Shown here in pieces: positions 20,472-30,050 of a DNA stretch of 64,000 bases. Where the stretch lies: positions 31,491-95,490 of the IMG/VR virus record IMGVR_UViG_3300045118_000377. One strand, written 5' to 3'. The notes beneath the pieces were generated by a model that was given only the letters and a program-made list of their open reading frames with translations, was not told the DNA's origin and did no database searches. This stretch comes from a virus. A program made the translations under genes and the position numbers. Position 1 is the stretch's first letter, and each line of letters opens with the position of its first letter.

Positions 20472-21137
20472 ATGCAAGGACGTTTCGATCTTCAGATGCT
20501 CCACACCCCAGGCCTGACACAGGATCTTCTGGATGCCGTGCGCAGGGAGGGGGGAGACGCGGCTGTCATGGAGTACCTCCAGCGGTTCCCTGTGGATGGC
20601 CAATGGGCCATGGACAACCTCATCTTCAAGACCGCGCCCAGCTATTTCTACTACCAGGCGCTCAGCAACCCCGGCCATTACTTCACTACTGGCTACGGCT
20701 GGAACGCGCCGACGCTCTTCGCATGGATCGCGCTGACGCAGACCTCGACCGAGCCCTCCTATACGGGAGAGGTCTACACTCTCGACTTTGGGTGGGACAG
20801 CACGCCCGATATGGTTGGTGGGACCAGTTCGCACAAGGTCTTCATCAACAACTGCATCATCAGTCCGGACTTCAAAAGCGATCCGAATGGCCGCGAGGCC
20901 ATCTACGCCAAGCTCAAGTGGCTGTACCTGCCGGGCGAAGCCACACACTCAAGTATCAGGAGCGTGACCTACTACTCCTCCTGCCGTCTGGATTACACGA
21001 CCAGCAACTTCTCGGTTGGTCATGGTCGTACGGGGAGAGTCAGGATCAAGGACAGTGGCGGCAACCCGGTCACGATCAACAAGGCCAGCAACAAGAGCCT
21101 TTTGGTCGAGTACACGTTCACGATGCCGTCGCTCTAG
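20472..21137 (+). CDS. Hypothetical tail/baseplate protein
   Basis: AAGGAG RBS before ATG20472; C-terminal INKASNKSLLVEYTF resembles the ends of neighbouring tail proteins. Confidence 0.55.
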   Translation: MQGRFDLQMLHTPGLTQDLLDAVRREGGDAAVMEYLQRFPVDGQWAMDNLIFKTAPSYFYYQALSNPGHYFTTGYGWNAPTLFAWIALTQTSTEPSYTGEVYTLDFGWDSTPDMVGGTSSHKVFINNCIISPDFKSDPNGREAIYAKLKWLYLPGEATHSSIRSVTYYSSCRLDYTTSNFSVGHGRTGRVRIKDSGGNPVTINKASNKSLLVEYTFTMPSL

Positions 21138-21145
21138 GAGGCAGC

Positions 21146-21394
21146 ATGTGGTACTTCACGAAGAAGGCCGACAGCGACCAGCGCCCTGTCCTCGAGATGG
21201 CAGAGTCCGAATCCGAGGCCAATGCCGCGCGGCAAGCACTGTCTGAGGCGGACCCACTGGCTGTCTTGGGTAGCGTGTTCGAGGAGACGCACGACTACCA
21301 GTTCAGCTTTCCACGGATCTGCGGCGTGGTGTCACTCAGCGATGGGTCGGAAGAGCTGGTCTGGACCGATGGAGTCCGTACCCCCAAGACGTAG
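21146..21394 (+). CDS. Small hypothetical protein
   Basis: AGGAGG RBS before ATG21146; fills the gap between neighbours. Confidence 0.6.
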   Translation: MWYFTKKADSDQRPVLEMAESESEANAARQALSEADPLAVLGSVFEETHDYQFSFPRICGVVSLSDGSEELVWTDGVRTPKT

Positions 21395-21403
21395 GAGCTC
21401 AAC

Positions 21404-22516
21404 GTGTCGATTCCCAGTGCCAGGGCTGGAGCCGAGCAGGCGTGGGCACACACGTCCTTGCCGAAGACCGTGACGCTCGAGGGCGATGCTGTCAGCGACC
21501 TTCCGATCCGTCAGTGGAAGTGGACCATGCTGTACGTCCCGCCAGGAAGCGTGGCGGCGACGGGTGTGAACGGCAACTTCTCCAACGGCGTGTCGACCTC
21601 CCAGAACCCGTCCTTCGTCTGTGACGTCGACGGCTGCTACGTCCTGCAGCTCGAGGCCCGCAACGAGGAAGGTTGGAGCATCCCTCTTTCTGACAAGGAG
21701 CTGTGCCAGACTGCGATCTACATCCTGACGGATAAGCTGGGCATCCGACTGCCGGGGGCGTTCCTCTGGCGATACGACGGCGACCTCAATCAGTCCCTGT
21801 TGGACCTGGAGGCCGCCATCGGGACCAGCAGTGTGGACTCTACGGCTCTGCACAAGGCCGTGGCAGGTGAGCTCGCCGCCATGACGGAGAAGAACCCGTC
21901 TATCGGGAACGACCTGCTGCTCCTCGAAGATAGCGCCGCGGGGTACGCCAAGAAGAAGATCAAGGTCAGCAGCCTGACCGGCATCGTGGACACCACGGCG
22001 CTGCACAAGGTGACCGAGGGCGAGATCAACGCCATGACTGCGAAGGCCTCTCCGGTCGCCGCAGATCTTGTGGTCATCGAGGACTCGGCTGCGTCCTGGG
22101 CGAAGAAGAAGGTCACAGTCGGCAACCTGCCGCAGAGGTGGTCTACCTACAAGCAAGACACTGAGTACTCGCACGCCGGAATCACATTCGACCCCAAGTT
22201 CACCTTCAGGGTCGTTCGTGACTCTAACAAGGCACCAACATCCTGGAGGATCGTTGTTAGCATGCGCGCCACCAACTCGTATGGTGGTCGCGCGGAAGTC
22301 CGGGTGCGTGCAACCGGTTCTGGTGGGACCGATTTGGTGACGATCACTTCCCTCACGGGAAACACCGAACGGGTCTACTCCGGTGTCATCACGATCAACC
22401 CAACCAATGAGCCACAGGACGAAGTCATCACCGTAGAAGTGGCTCTGAGGATCGACACCAGCGGGGACACCGCCTACATGAAGTTCTTCGAATTCTTCTC
22501 CATTGCCGGGGGCTAG
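21404..22516 (+). CDS. Tail fibre-like protein with PKD-like domain and a tandem ~50 aa repeat
   Basis: VTLEG...WKW...PSFVCDVDGCYVLQL PKD pattern; duplicated DxTALHK...EDSAAxxAKKK unit. Confidence 0.6.
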   Translation: MSIPSARAGAEQAWAHTSLPKTVTLEGDAVSDLPIRQWKWTMLYVPPGSVAATGVNGNFSNGVSTSQNPSFVCDVDGCYVLQLEARNEEGWSIPLSDKELCQTAIYILTDKLGIRLPGAFLWRYDGDLNQSLLDLEAAIGTSSVDSTALHKAVAGELAAMTEKNPSIGNDLLLLEDSAAGYAKKKIKVSSLTGIVDTTALHKVTEGEINAMTAKASPVAADLVVIEDSAASWAKKKVTVGNLPQRWSTYKQDTEYSHAGITFDPKFTFRVVRDSNKAPTSWRIVVSMRATNSYGGRAEVRVRATGSGGTDLVTITSLTGNTERVYSGVITINPTNEPQDEVITVEVALRIDTSGDTAYMKFFEFFSIAGG

Positions 22517-22518
22517 CT

Positions 22519-23376
22519 GTGAATGTGGCGACCCTCTGCGATAGGAGATACTGCGTAGAGGGAGTCGTCTGCGCGCAATCGGCCTCCACTCAGGGAGCAG
22601 ACCTCGTCTTCATCCTTTGTTTGGATCGCGAGACCCGGGACGTCGCGGGACGCCTACTGGATTCCAAGGGGCCGGTGATCATTCCAGTTCGGGACTTGGA
22701 GGACTACTACCCGGTCCTACGTGAGCTGCGCTCCCAGCGGGATTGGAAGAGCTACGTCGCCGCGCTGAAGCCGTTCTACCTTGGCTACCTCCTGGAGTTC
22801 TTCGGGATCGAGGTCGTGGCCATGGTCGACTCCGACATGTTCTTCTGGGGACCAGTGGCAGAGATCGACCGGGTCATGGGAGACGCTGGCATCCTGGTGA
22901 TCGACAGAGAGCTCGACCCGCCGCCGAGGTGCGGCTGGTTCAACGACGGCTTTGTGGTCGCCCGTCCTTCCGGTCTGCCATTCGTGCGCTGGTGGCAAGA
23001 GCGCTGCACGGAGTGGTGCCAGTGGATGACCGATGGGGGAGGAGATCGATTCGGGGCCGAGGGGTACTTGAACGTCCTCCATGACCAACCAGGTATCTTC
23101 CCGTTCGCAAAGTGGGTTCAGCATTCGGGGATCAACCTAGCTCCGTGGAACGCCAGGTGGCACCGTCTGAACGATGGCGACCAGGGCTTCACCGTTGACG
23201 ACGAGTTCCCCCTGATCTGCTACCACTACCGGGACTTCCAGGACTTCAGACAGACGTTCTGGGAGGAGGCACCGATCGCAAAAGAGTACTTGGACGCCCT
23301 GTACCGGCCCTACTACGATCGACTGAGAGAAGTCGCTGCACTGATCGAGGAAGCCGGGCTCAAGCCGGTCGACTAG
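22519..23376 (+). CDS. Glycosyltransferase (GT-A fold)
   Basis: ALKPF, MVDSDMFF (DxD), FNDGFV, WWQERC.EWC, HSGINLAPWN, LICYHY motifs. Confidence 0.75.
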   Translation: MNVATLCDRRYCVEGVVCAQSASTQGADLVFILCLDRETRDVAGRLLDSKGPVIIPVRDLEDYYPVLRELRSQRDWKSYVAALKPFYLGYLLEFFGIEVVAMVDSDMFFWGPVAEIDRVMGDAGILVIDRELDPPPRCGWFNDGFVVARPSGLPFVRWWQERCTEWCQWMTDGGGDRFGAEGYLNVLHDQPGIFPFAKWVQHSGINLAPWNARWHRLNDGDQGFTVDDEFPLICYHYRDFQDFRQTFWEEAPIAKEYLDALYRPYYDRLREVAALIEEAGLKPVD

Positions 23377-23386
23377 GAGGTCGTTG

Positions 23387-25687
23387 ATGTCCGCCGGGTT
23401 CCTTCAGCGCTTCTACTCCGCCTTCCCCGGCGGAACCATGCAACAGCTTCTCGGGAACGGGACCATCACCGAGGCTGGAGGAGTTCTAACAGTCACCACG
23501 CCCGCGAGCGTGGATTGCGATTGGTGGGGATCGTCTCCGGCCAATGCGCCTATCGCCTATCAGTCAGTTCATGACCGCATAACTGCCTTCGATGGCGTGT
23601 TGAAATTCGAGGCGCGGTGCTATCAGTTCTCAGCGCTGGCCAATACCGAGATGTGGGCTGTGGTCTGGGTGGATCGGTCGACGGCCTACCTGCTTTGTTA
23701 TGGTAACGGCAGCCTGTACGTCAATAGATTCTACGGCGGGTCTAACTCGACGGTGACTTCTAGCACGGCCGTTGCCAGCCCTACCACCAGTCCTCACACA
23801 TACAGGATCTACTGGAACCCCACGTCTCGGCCTCTCTTCATTCAAGAGTCCGATGGTACCAATTTTGTGATCAATGCCAACGAGATCCAATTCTGGTATC
23901 GCATCGGTGATGGCGGCACCTGGACTCAGAAGTACGCACGCTCTATGGAGTTCACGAACGCACTCCGGTTCGGAGTGGGCTGCAAGAACTGGAGCACGTT
24001 CCCCGCGAATTCTAGCCTGTGGAGCTATGCAGGCATCTATCAGTGGGATGCCACAGCCCAGAAGTTCGTCCCGTCCAAGAAGGACGTGCAGCTGACGAAC
24101 ACGCAAGCTGATCCTCTGGAGGTCCTGGCGCTAGAGGATCGAGCCGTCCGGCTCACTGAGAGTGGCTACCCTGCCTTCGACTCGCCGGACGGGCTTGGCG
24201 GCCCGGTCGTTTTGGAAGGAGAGCAGTCGCAGTCGCGCGTCGCGTTCGAGGACAGCGCGCAGATCTTGGACGCCGGAGGCCAGCGCCTAGGATTCATGCC
24301 GGACGTTATGGGTGGCGGGCTTTCCCTCGACGACGTGCTGGCTCTCGAGGACGCGGTCACCTACTACCTGTCGCCCGACGCCGAGTTCAGCACCATCACG
24401 CAAGACACCGACCTCCACTACCACTTCACCCAGCCCAAGCCCTACATCGCTGTCCCCTACGACACCACGGGAGAGGCGTGGGCGAATCCGACCACGACCG
24501 GATTCACGGGCTACGCGCGCAACGGCTACCGATACACCAACGGTGTACAAGACGCAGGCCCGGTTTCAGCTCCTTGGAGGACCGAAGCATCCGGATCCAA
24601 CCGCAGTTCAAGAGGGGATTTCCCGGTCAGAGCGCTGATCGTAGCCACGCGATTGGAGCTTGTGATCTTCGACATGGACTCGTTCAACGGCACGCCGTCC
24701 ACCCTCCGCATGTGGATGCGTTTCTTGTTGGGCAACAGCAGCTCCGACTTCTACGCGCTAGGTCGTGGGCTTGACACCATTCGATCGGTGAGCATGGCCA
24801 ACGGCTTGCTGGCAGTCGGTACGCAGGACACTGGATGGGAACCGGGTCGTCTGCACACGATCGACTTCCGCGCGAACACGCCGGCCACGACATTCAGCCT
24901 CGTGGGGAACGACGGCCAGTGGATAGGACAGGGTACCAAGACCATCGTCGATCGGAACACGAACACCATCTGGTTGTCATCGGGCAGCTACCGGATCACT
25001 CTGTCTCAGCTCCACAGCCTCTCGATGCTGGTTGAAGGCACCTCGACGCACATCGCGATCTCCGGCGAAGACCCGACTCCCAACGTCGTCTCGTTCTCTG
25101 GCAACACCGTGAGCGCCGTGGCTGTGGCAGCGGGCGCGGACATCGGCTCTTCCAACGCCGGGGACACGAGGCAGGTGTACTTTGACGACGTCGGATGGCT
25201 GTGGTTCTCGATCGGCAGCCGACTCTACCGCAACTGCCACGACTGGAGGCACGGGTACATCTGGCCTGATAAGAGCGATCTCCGTCAAGGGACGGTCGAT
25301 ATCGGGTACACGATCACGAAGATCGTGGCGGCCAAGAACAACGTCTACTGTGCGACGGAGAAGGGCGTCTTCAGCGTGTCCAAGGGATCGCTGTCCAACT
25401 ACCTCGCCTACACCATTGTCGGCGGTGGGGGTGGTGGACGTTTGAACGCGCCGCCTGCCGGGGAGATCTTGGTGGGCACAGCGCCTGTCATCAGCGCGCT
25501 CAGGTCTTACACCTTGCTCCAGGGCATCACCGTCGTTCCGTACCTGGTGGTTGGGACCTTGTACTCTGGGGGCGGTGACGGGGGGTTCACCCTCATCCGA
25601 ATGTTCGATGACGTCGTGATCAAATCGCTGATCGTACCCAACCTCATTGAGCCCGGCACGTACATCGCGACCGTGATGATGGCCTGA
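23387..25687 (+). CDS. Tail-associated protein (lectin-like N-terminus, beta-propeller-like C-terminus)
   Basis: AGGAGG RBS; Trp/Tyr/Gly-rich; paralogous to 25690-28539. Confidence 0.6.
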   Translation: MSAGFLQRFYSAFPGGTMQQLLGNGTITEAGGVLTVTTPASVDCDWWGSSPANAPIAYQSVHDRITAFDGVLKFEARCYQFSALANTEMWAVVWVDRSTAYLLCYGNGSLYVNRFYGGSNSTVTSSTAVASPTTSPHTYRIYWNPTSRPLFIQESDGTNFVINANEIQFWYRIGDGGTWTQKYARSMEFTNALRFGVGCKNWSTFPANSSLWSYAGIYQWDATAQKFVPSKKDVQLTNTQADPLEVLALEDRAVRLTESGYPAFDSPDGLGGPVVLEGEQSQSRVAFEDSAQILDAGGQRLGFMPDVMGGGLSLDDVLALEDAVTYYLSPDAEFSTITQDTDLHYHFTQPKPYIAVPYDTTGEAWANPTTTGFTGYARNGYRYTNGVQDAGPVSAPWRTEASGSNRSSRGDFPVRALIVATRLELVIFDMDSFNGTPSTLRMWMRFLLGNSSSDFYALGRGLDTIRSVSMANGLLAVGTQDTGWEPGRLHTIDFRANTPATTFSLVGNDGQWIGQGTKTIVDRNTNTIWLSSGSYRITLSQLHSLSMLVEGTSTHIAISGEDPTPNVVSFSGNTVSAVAVAAGADIGSSNAGDTRQVYFDDVGWLWFSIGSRLYRNCHDWRHGYIWPDKSDLRQGTVDIGYTITKIVAAKNNVYCATEKGVFSVSKGSLSNYLAYTIVGGGGGGRLNAPPAGEILVGTAPVISALRSYTLLQGITVVPYLVVGTLYSGGGDGGFTLIRMFDDVVIKSLIVPNLIEPGTYIATVMMA

Positions 25688-25689
25688 CC

Positions 25690-28539
25690 ATGGCACTGAT
25701 CACCACATACCAAGATCTGTTCCCCAGCTCCACGATCATGAAGCAGTACGCCGGCAATGGCACTGTGAGTGTGCCTGGTGCCGGTGACGCGCGCCTAGTC
25801 GCACCGAACGGCGCGAACTGCAACTATGATCAGAACAACCAGTCCGCCCCGTGCCTCTACGAGAACATCTCCCAGCTGCGTCAGCTCGCCTCGCCAGCGA
25901 TGATGCTGCTAGTTGAGACCAAGCTCAGCAGCCTTACGGGAACGACGACCCAGCGTTTCGCGGACTTGTTCTTCGGCACTGCTCCGCAGTCGATTTCTGG
26001 CGTGTCGAACTACTCCTACCAGCTTGGATTCTACAAGGGTGAGGGCAAGATCATCTGCGACTACTACTACCCCGGTGGTGCCGCACGTCTCTTCACCTCT
26101 GGGGCGGTTTCAGATCCATCCAGTAACCACATCTATCGGATCTACTGGAACACCGGCAAGATCGCGTACGTTCCTGAGACCGGCACGGTAGTCCTGCCAG
26201 ACTATTTGGCGTTCATCTACTCCGTGGACAACGGCACGACGTGGGTGGCGCTCGGCACGCGGGCGAGAGACTTCGATCTCAACACGGCGTTCGCCGGTAT
26301 CGTGCTGAGAAAGTGGGAGACGTCTGCTGTCAACGCGCAAGCGGACTTCAGCTACTTCGTGGCCAAGCAGCTCAACCCCGCTGACGTGGTGATGGCACCA
26401 GATCTTAGCGGGGCCAAGGAGACCAGGCTTGCTCTCGAGGACGCGGCCTCCACGTTGGGTGAGGGAGGTCCAGAGCGCTTCGATGTGCTGGGTACCAAGG
26501 ACGCGGTCGTGCTGCCGTCGACCGACGTCGTTGGCCTGGAAGATGGTCTGGTTCTTCCATCGGTCGGTGGGCCGAAGCCGCGCTACGACTTCCCTCAGAT
26601 CAACGAGGACCCGTCCTTCAGCGACGTCATCGGGTTGGAAGACGGGTTCTTTGTCCAGATCGACGAGACCGACTACATCAAGGGCAAGTACGACGCTGAC
26701 GGCAAGGAGCTTCTCGCGGGCGCAAACGCCAGGCACGTCTTCTACTACGATGCGACCCTCGATCCCTGGCACACGCACGGAGCGGGGCACTACGGAGCGG
26801 GGCGAGACGGCAAGCTCTACTACGACGGGGTAGAGTGCGGCCCAGGGGACTTCGGGACCGTCGCTGGTGGGTTTCGGCGCACGGCCTGGGCCTTCCCCGA
26901 TGGCTTCTTGGACAGAGATCTGATCGCAAAAGCTGCGCAGATAACGATGCCAGCAGATGGCACCCTGCGCTTCACTGTGAACACGAACGGCACGGACATC
27001 GCTAGTTCCTTGCGCTGGTTCTTCACCGGCGACTTCGACGTCCAGGTCGACTACAACATTGTGTCGAATGGCTCCGGGCCGACAGACGGCGGCATAGTGA
27101 TCCAGGCGGTCATGGACTGGAACAACTACACCTACGCCCGACGCAGAATGTTCGGCAGCGGCAACCCAAATTGGGACAAGGACGTTCGGAATAACGGCAG
27201 TTGGGGCAGCTACGCCTCGGTTGGTGGGGCCACTGCTTCTGGGAAGTTGAGGATCACCCGTGTTGGGAGCACGGTCACGTCCTACTACTGGACCGGATCG
27301 GCGTGGGCGGCGATTGGTAGCGGCTCTGCGATGACCTACAACCGACCGATGCTCATCGATCTCGGGTTCTGGTTCAATAGCACACCCACCGGGACAGTGT
27401 TCGAGTTCAGCAACTTTACGATCAATAGCGGCACAACCACGAACCTGATCGGGTGGGCCAGGGAGGCGGCGGGCACCTACCGTGGGTCTCTGGCGGAGTT
27501 TCCGCAGCATGCTCTGATCGCTTGTACGGAGCCGAACATTGACATCATTGACGCTGACACCAACAAGCTCTGGGCGAGCTTCCGTGGTGCAGCCAACAAC
27601 ATGGTGTGGGGTCCGGCTAGCTGGGGGTATGTGCGTCAGGCGGTGATGAAGGACGGCGTGCTGATGGTCGCCCTCCCATCGAGCGGAGGGTATGGGCTCT
27701 GGATCGATTTCACCACAGACTGGGCTCGTTCAGCGCAGGAAGGCGGCGGAGGCGCGTTCTACAACCCAGAGTTGTCCACCAACATGTGGCCTATTTGGTC
27801 GCCGAGTGGAAGCGTCGCAGTCCGGAATAGTGGCAGGAACTATCAGGGGCCGTACGCCAACTGGGTGCTCCAGAGCTATTACGTTTACTGGTGCGATCTC
27901 CTGCATGACTCCGGTTATCAGTACCGCCTGTTCGCCACAGCGGCCGGTATCACTCTCCAGCGCTGGCAGCGCTGGAAGTTCCAAGGCGCTAACGACGCTC
28001 ACCTCGACACTCCCTACAAAGGCGTGTCCATGCAGACTGGGACCATGCGCTGGGCACAGTTCCAGCCGTCAACCCGTGACCTGCTGTACCACGATCGGTC
28101 GTCCCTCTACATCACCCACTTCGCCGCGTGGAATGCGATCATTTCAGGTGGTGGCGGCACGTGGGTGGAAAATCACACCTACACCCTCTCTGGGACGATT
28201 GACGAGGGCGACCGCGCACTGGCCCAGGACGCGATGGTGGTGGACGGGAACTACCTCTACTACGCCCGCAAGGAGGGTGTGTACAGGATGGATCTGACCA
28301 CCGGCACATCGGTGCTCCTGTACGGCATCGTCGGTTCTGGAGCAACGCACGAGATCCTTCCCACATCCCGCGCGGTGATCTCCGTGGCCTACGGTGTCGA
28401 CAACTCCGTTCCCATCCTCCTGGTGGGCATGACCTACCCCGACCTCAGTGTGGCTGTGAATCTGAACACCAACGTGCTCTACTGGAAGGGTCGTCTGGAT
28501 GACAGCCACACACCCTACTCCATGGCGGTGGGAGCATGA
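25690..28539 (+). CDS. Tail-associated protein with an inserted concanavalin/LamG-like domain
   Basis: TGDFDVQVDY...GKLRITRVGSTVTSYY lectin-like insert; otherwise colinear with 23387-25687. Confidence 0.6.
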   Translation: MALITTYQDLFPSSTIMKQYAGNGTVSVPGAGDARLVAPNGANCNYDQNNQSAPCLYENISQLRQLASPAMMLLVETKLSSLTGTTTQRFADLFFGTAPQSISGVSNYSYQLGFYKGEGKIICDYYYPGGAARLFTSGAVSDPSSNHIYRIYWNTGKIAYVPETGTVVLPDYLAFIYSVDNGTTWVALGTRARDFDLNTAFAGIVLRKWETSAVNAQADFSYFVAKQLNPADVVMAPDLSGAKETRLALEDAASTLGEGGPERFDVLGTKDAVVLPSTDVVGLEDGLVLPSVGGPKPRYDFPQINEDPSFSDVIGLEDGFFVQIDETDYIKGKYDADGKELLAGANARHVFYYDATLDPWHTHGAGHYGAGRDGKLYYDGVECGPGDFGTVAGGFRRTAWAFPDGFLDRDLIAKAAQITMPADGTLRFTVNTNGTDIASSLRWFFTGDFDVQVDYNIVSNGSGPTDGGIVIQAVMDWNNYTYARRRMFGSGNPNWDKDVRNNGSWGSYASVGGATASGKLRITRVGSTVTSYYWTGSAWAAIGSGSAMTYNRPMLIDLGFWFNSTPTGTVFEFSNFTINSGTTTNLIGWAREAAGTYRGSLAEFPQHALIACTEPNIDIIDADTNKLWASFRGAANNMVWGPASWGYVRQAVMKDGVLMVALPSSGGYGLWIDFTTDWARSAQEGGGGAFYNPELSTNMWPIWSPSGSVAVRNSGRNYQGPYANWVLQSYYVYWCDLLHDSGYQYRLFATAAGITLQRWQRWKFQGANDAHLDTPYKGVSMQTGTMRWAQFQPSTRDLLYHDRSSLYITHFAAWNAIISGGGGTWVENHTYTLSGTIDEGDRALAQDAMVVDGNYLYYARKEGVYRMDLTTGTSVLLYGIVGSGATHEILPTSRAVISVAYGVDNSVPILLVGMTYPDLSVAVNLNTNVLYWKGRLDDSHTPYSMAVGA

Positions 28540-30050
28540 GTCGCACGCTGTTCACGGGCATCGGGTGGGCGGTCGAGAAGCAGACGATCGCTGCCGGCAC
28601 CACGCTCACAGGCCCGGTCCTCGTGAGCGCTGTCAGCACGTCCCCCAACAGCGTCCGCCTGACCTTCGACCGCGCGTTGCAGCTCGAGTACCGAATGCAC
28701 GTGCCGCCCGGCGGCTACCGGGCCAAGACCTTGGACATCTCCAGCTACAGGATCGCGAAAGTGGTTGGCGGTGCGCCGCTGACCATAGTTCGCACGGTCT
28801 GGGTGGACAGCACGCATGTCGATCTCCTCACCGAGAACCAGGAGGCGGTGAGCTATCGAGTGACGACCGTTGCCGGCGGCGTCATGGACTTCTGGGGCAA
28901 CCTGATCACCGAGCAGACGGCCGACTTCACGGGCTTGTTGAAGTCCGACTACACCACGCCCTCGACTCTGCGCGCGTTCACCTCCGGTTACCCCGGCATG
29001 CAGGAGGACACTCCAAGCGAGATCTACCCAGATCTCGAAGCTCCGTACCTGCAGAACCTCAACCCTGGCAGCGGCACCATCGACAAGGACCCTGCAGGCA
29101 ACATCTACCTCGAGATCAGAGACGACGACGAAGGGGTCAACCTTTCGACGGTCAACATCTGGATCGATGGCACGCTTGCCTACAACGGCAGCACGTTCCT
29201 GGCTCCGTACAACGGGCCAGGGTCAGCGGTTGTGCTTGTTGGACCGGCGTACCAGTTCACGATCGATCCAACGTTCACCTTCCCCGAGTTCCACGTCGTA
29301 CTGGTGCACGTCCATGCCAGAGATCTGGCAGCGATACCCAACGAGCTCGATGGCGCGTACTCGTTCAGAACGTGGGACCACACGGCCCCGTTCGTGGACG
29401 CTCATTCGCCGACCGGCACAGGAATCAGCCAGAACACGCTCGTCACGTTCTCCGTGGATGAGACTTCCGGGTCTGGGGTCGATCTTTCCAGCATGAACGT
29501 GCTCATCGATGGGGCCGCCGCCATCATCGGTGGTGTGCTCCGTCCTGGTTTCGATGGGCCCTTCAGCGCCATCGTGGCCCACGGCCTGGGGTACAACGTC
29601 ACGATCCAGAAGACGACTCCATACCCGTCGTACGACTATGCCACGATCAACGTCTATGCCGAGGACAATGAGGGCAACGGCATGACGTACATCTGGAACT
29701 TCCGGGTGGAGGACTACCTTGGCCCGCTGGTGGAGCCGCTCTACCCATTGGCTGACGATGTCGATGTTCCGGCCAACAGCAACATCTCGCTCAAGATCTC
29801 GGATCTTGAATCCGTGATAGCGAATTCGATCAGGGTCAACATCGATACCGGGATGGGGTTCGAGCCGGTCTTCGACTGGACTCGAAGCCCCAAGTTCTAT
29901 CCCGGCTGGGATGGTCCGGGTTCGACCTTCAGCGTTGGAGGGGGCGAGTACACCATAGTGATAGATCCCGTGACCGATTTCACGGTAGCCTCTCTTGTAC
30001 AGGTTGAGGTGCTTGCCACCGACCCGACTGGCAACCCTGCGAGACTCTGA
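28536..30050 (+). CDS. Ig-like repeat virion protein
   Basis: Three D..[AG]P......P....I...I.D..SG(V).....V.IDG repeats. Confidence 0.65.
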   Translation: MSRTLFTGIGWAVEKQTIAAGTTLTGPVLVSAVSTSPNSVRLTFDRALQLEYRMHVPPGGYRAKTLDISSYRIAKVVGGAPLTIVRTVWVDSTHVDLLTENQEAVSYRVTTVAGGVMDFWGNLITEQTADFTGLLKSDYTTPSTLRAFTSGYPGMQEDTPSEIYPDLEAPYLQNLNPGSGTIDKDPAGNIYLEIRDDDEGVNLSTVNIWIDGTLAYNGSTFLAPYNGPGSAVVLVGPAYQFTIDPTFTFPEFHVVLVHVHARDLAAIPNELDGAYSFRTWDHTAPFVDAHSPTGTGISQNTLVTFSVDETSGSGVDLSSMNVLIDGAAAIIGGVLRPGFDGPFSAIVAHGLGYNVTIQKTTPYPSYDYATINVYAEDNEGNGMTYIWNFRVEDYLGPLVEPLYPLADDVDVPANSNISLKISDLESVIANSIRVNIDTGMGFEPVFDWTRSPKFYPGWDGPGSTFSVGGGEYTIVIDPVTDFTVASLVQVEVLATDPTGNPARL

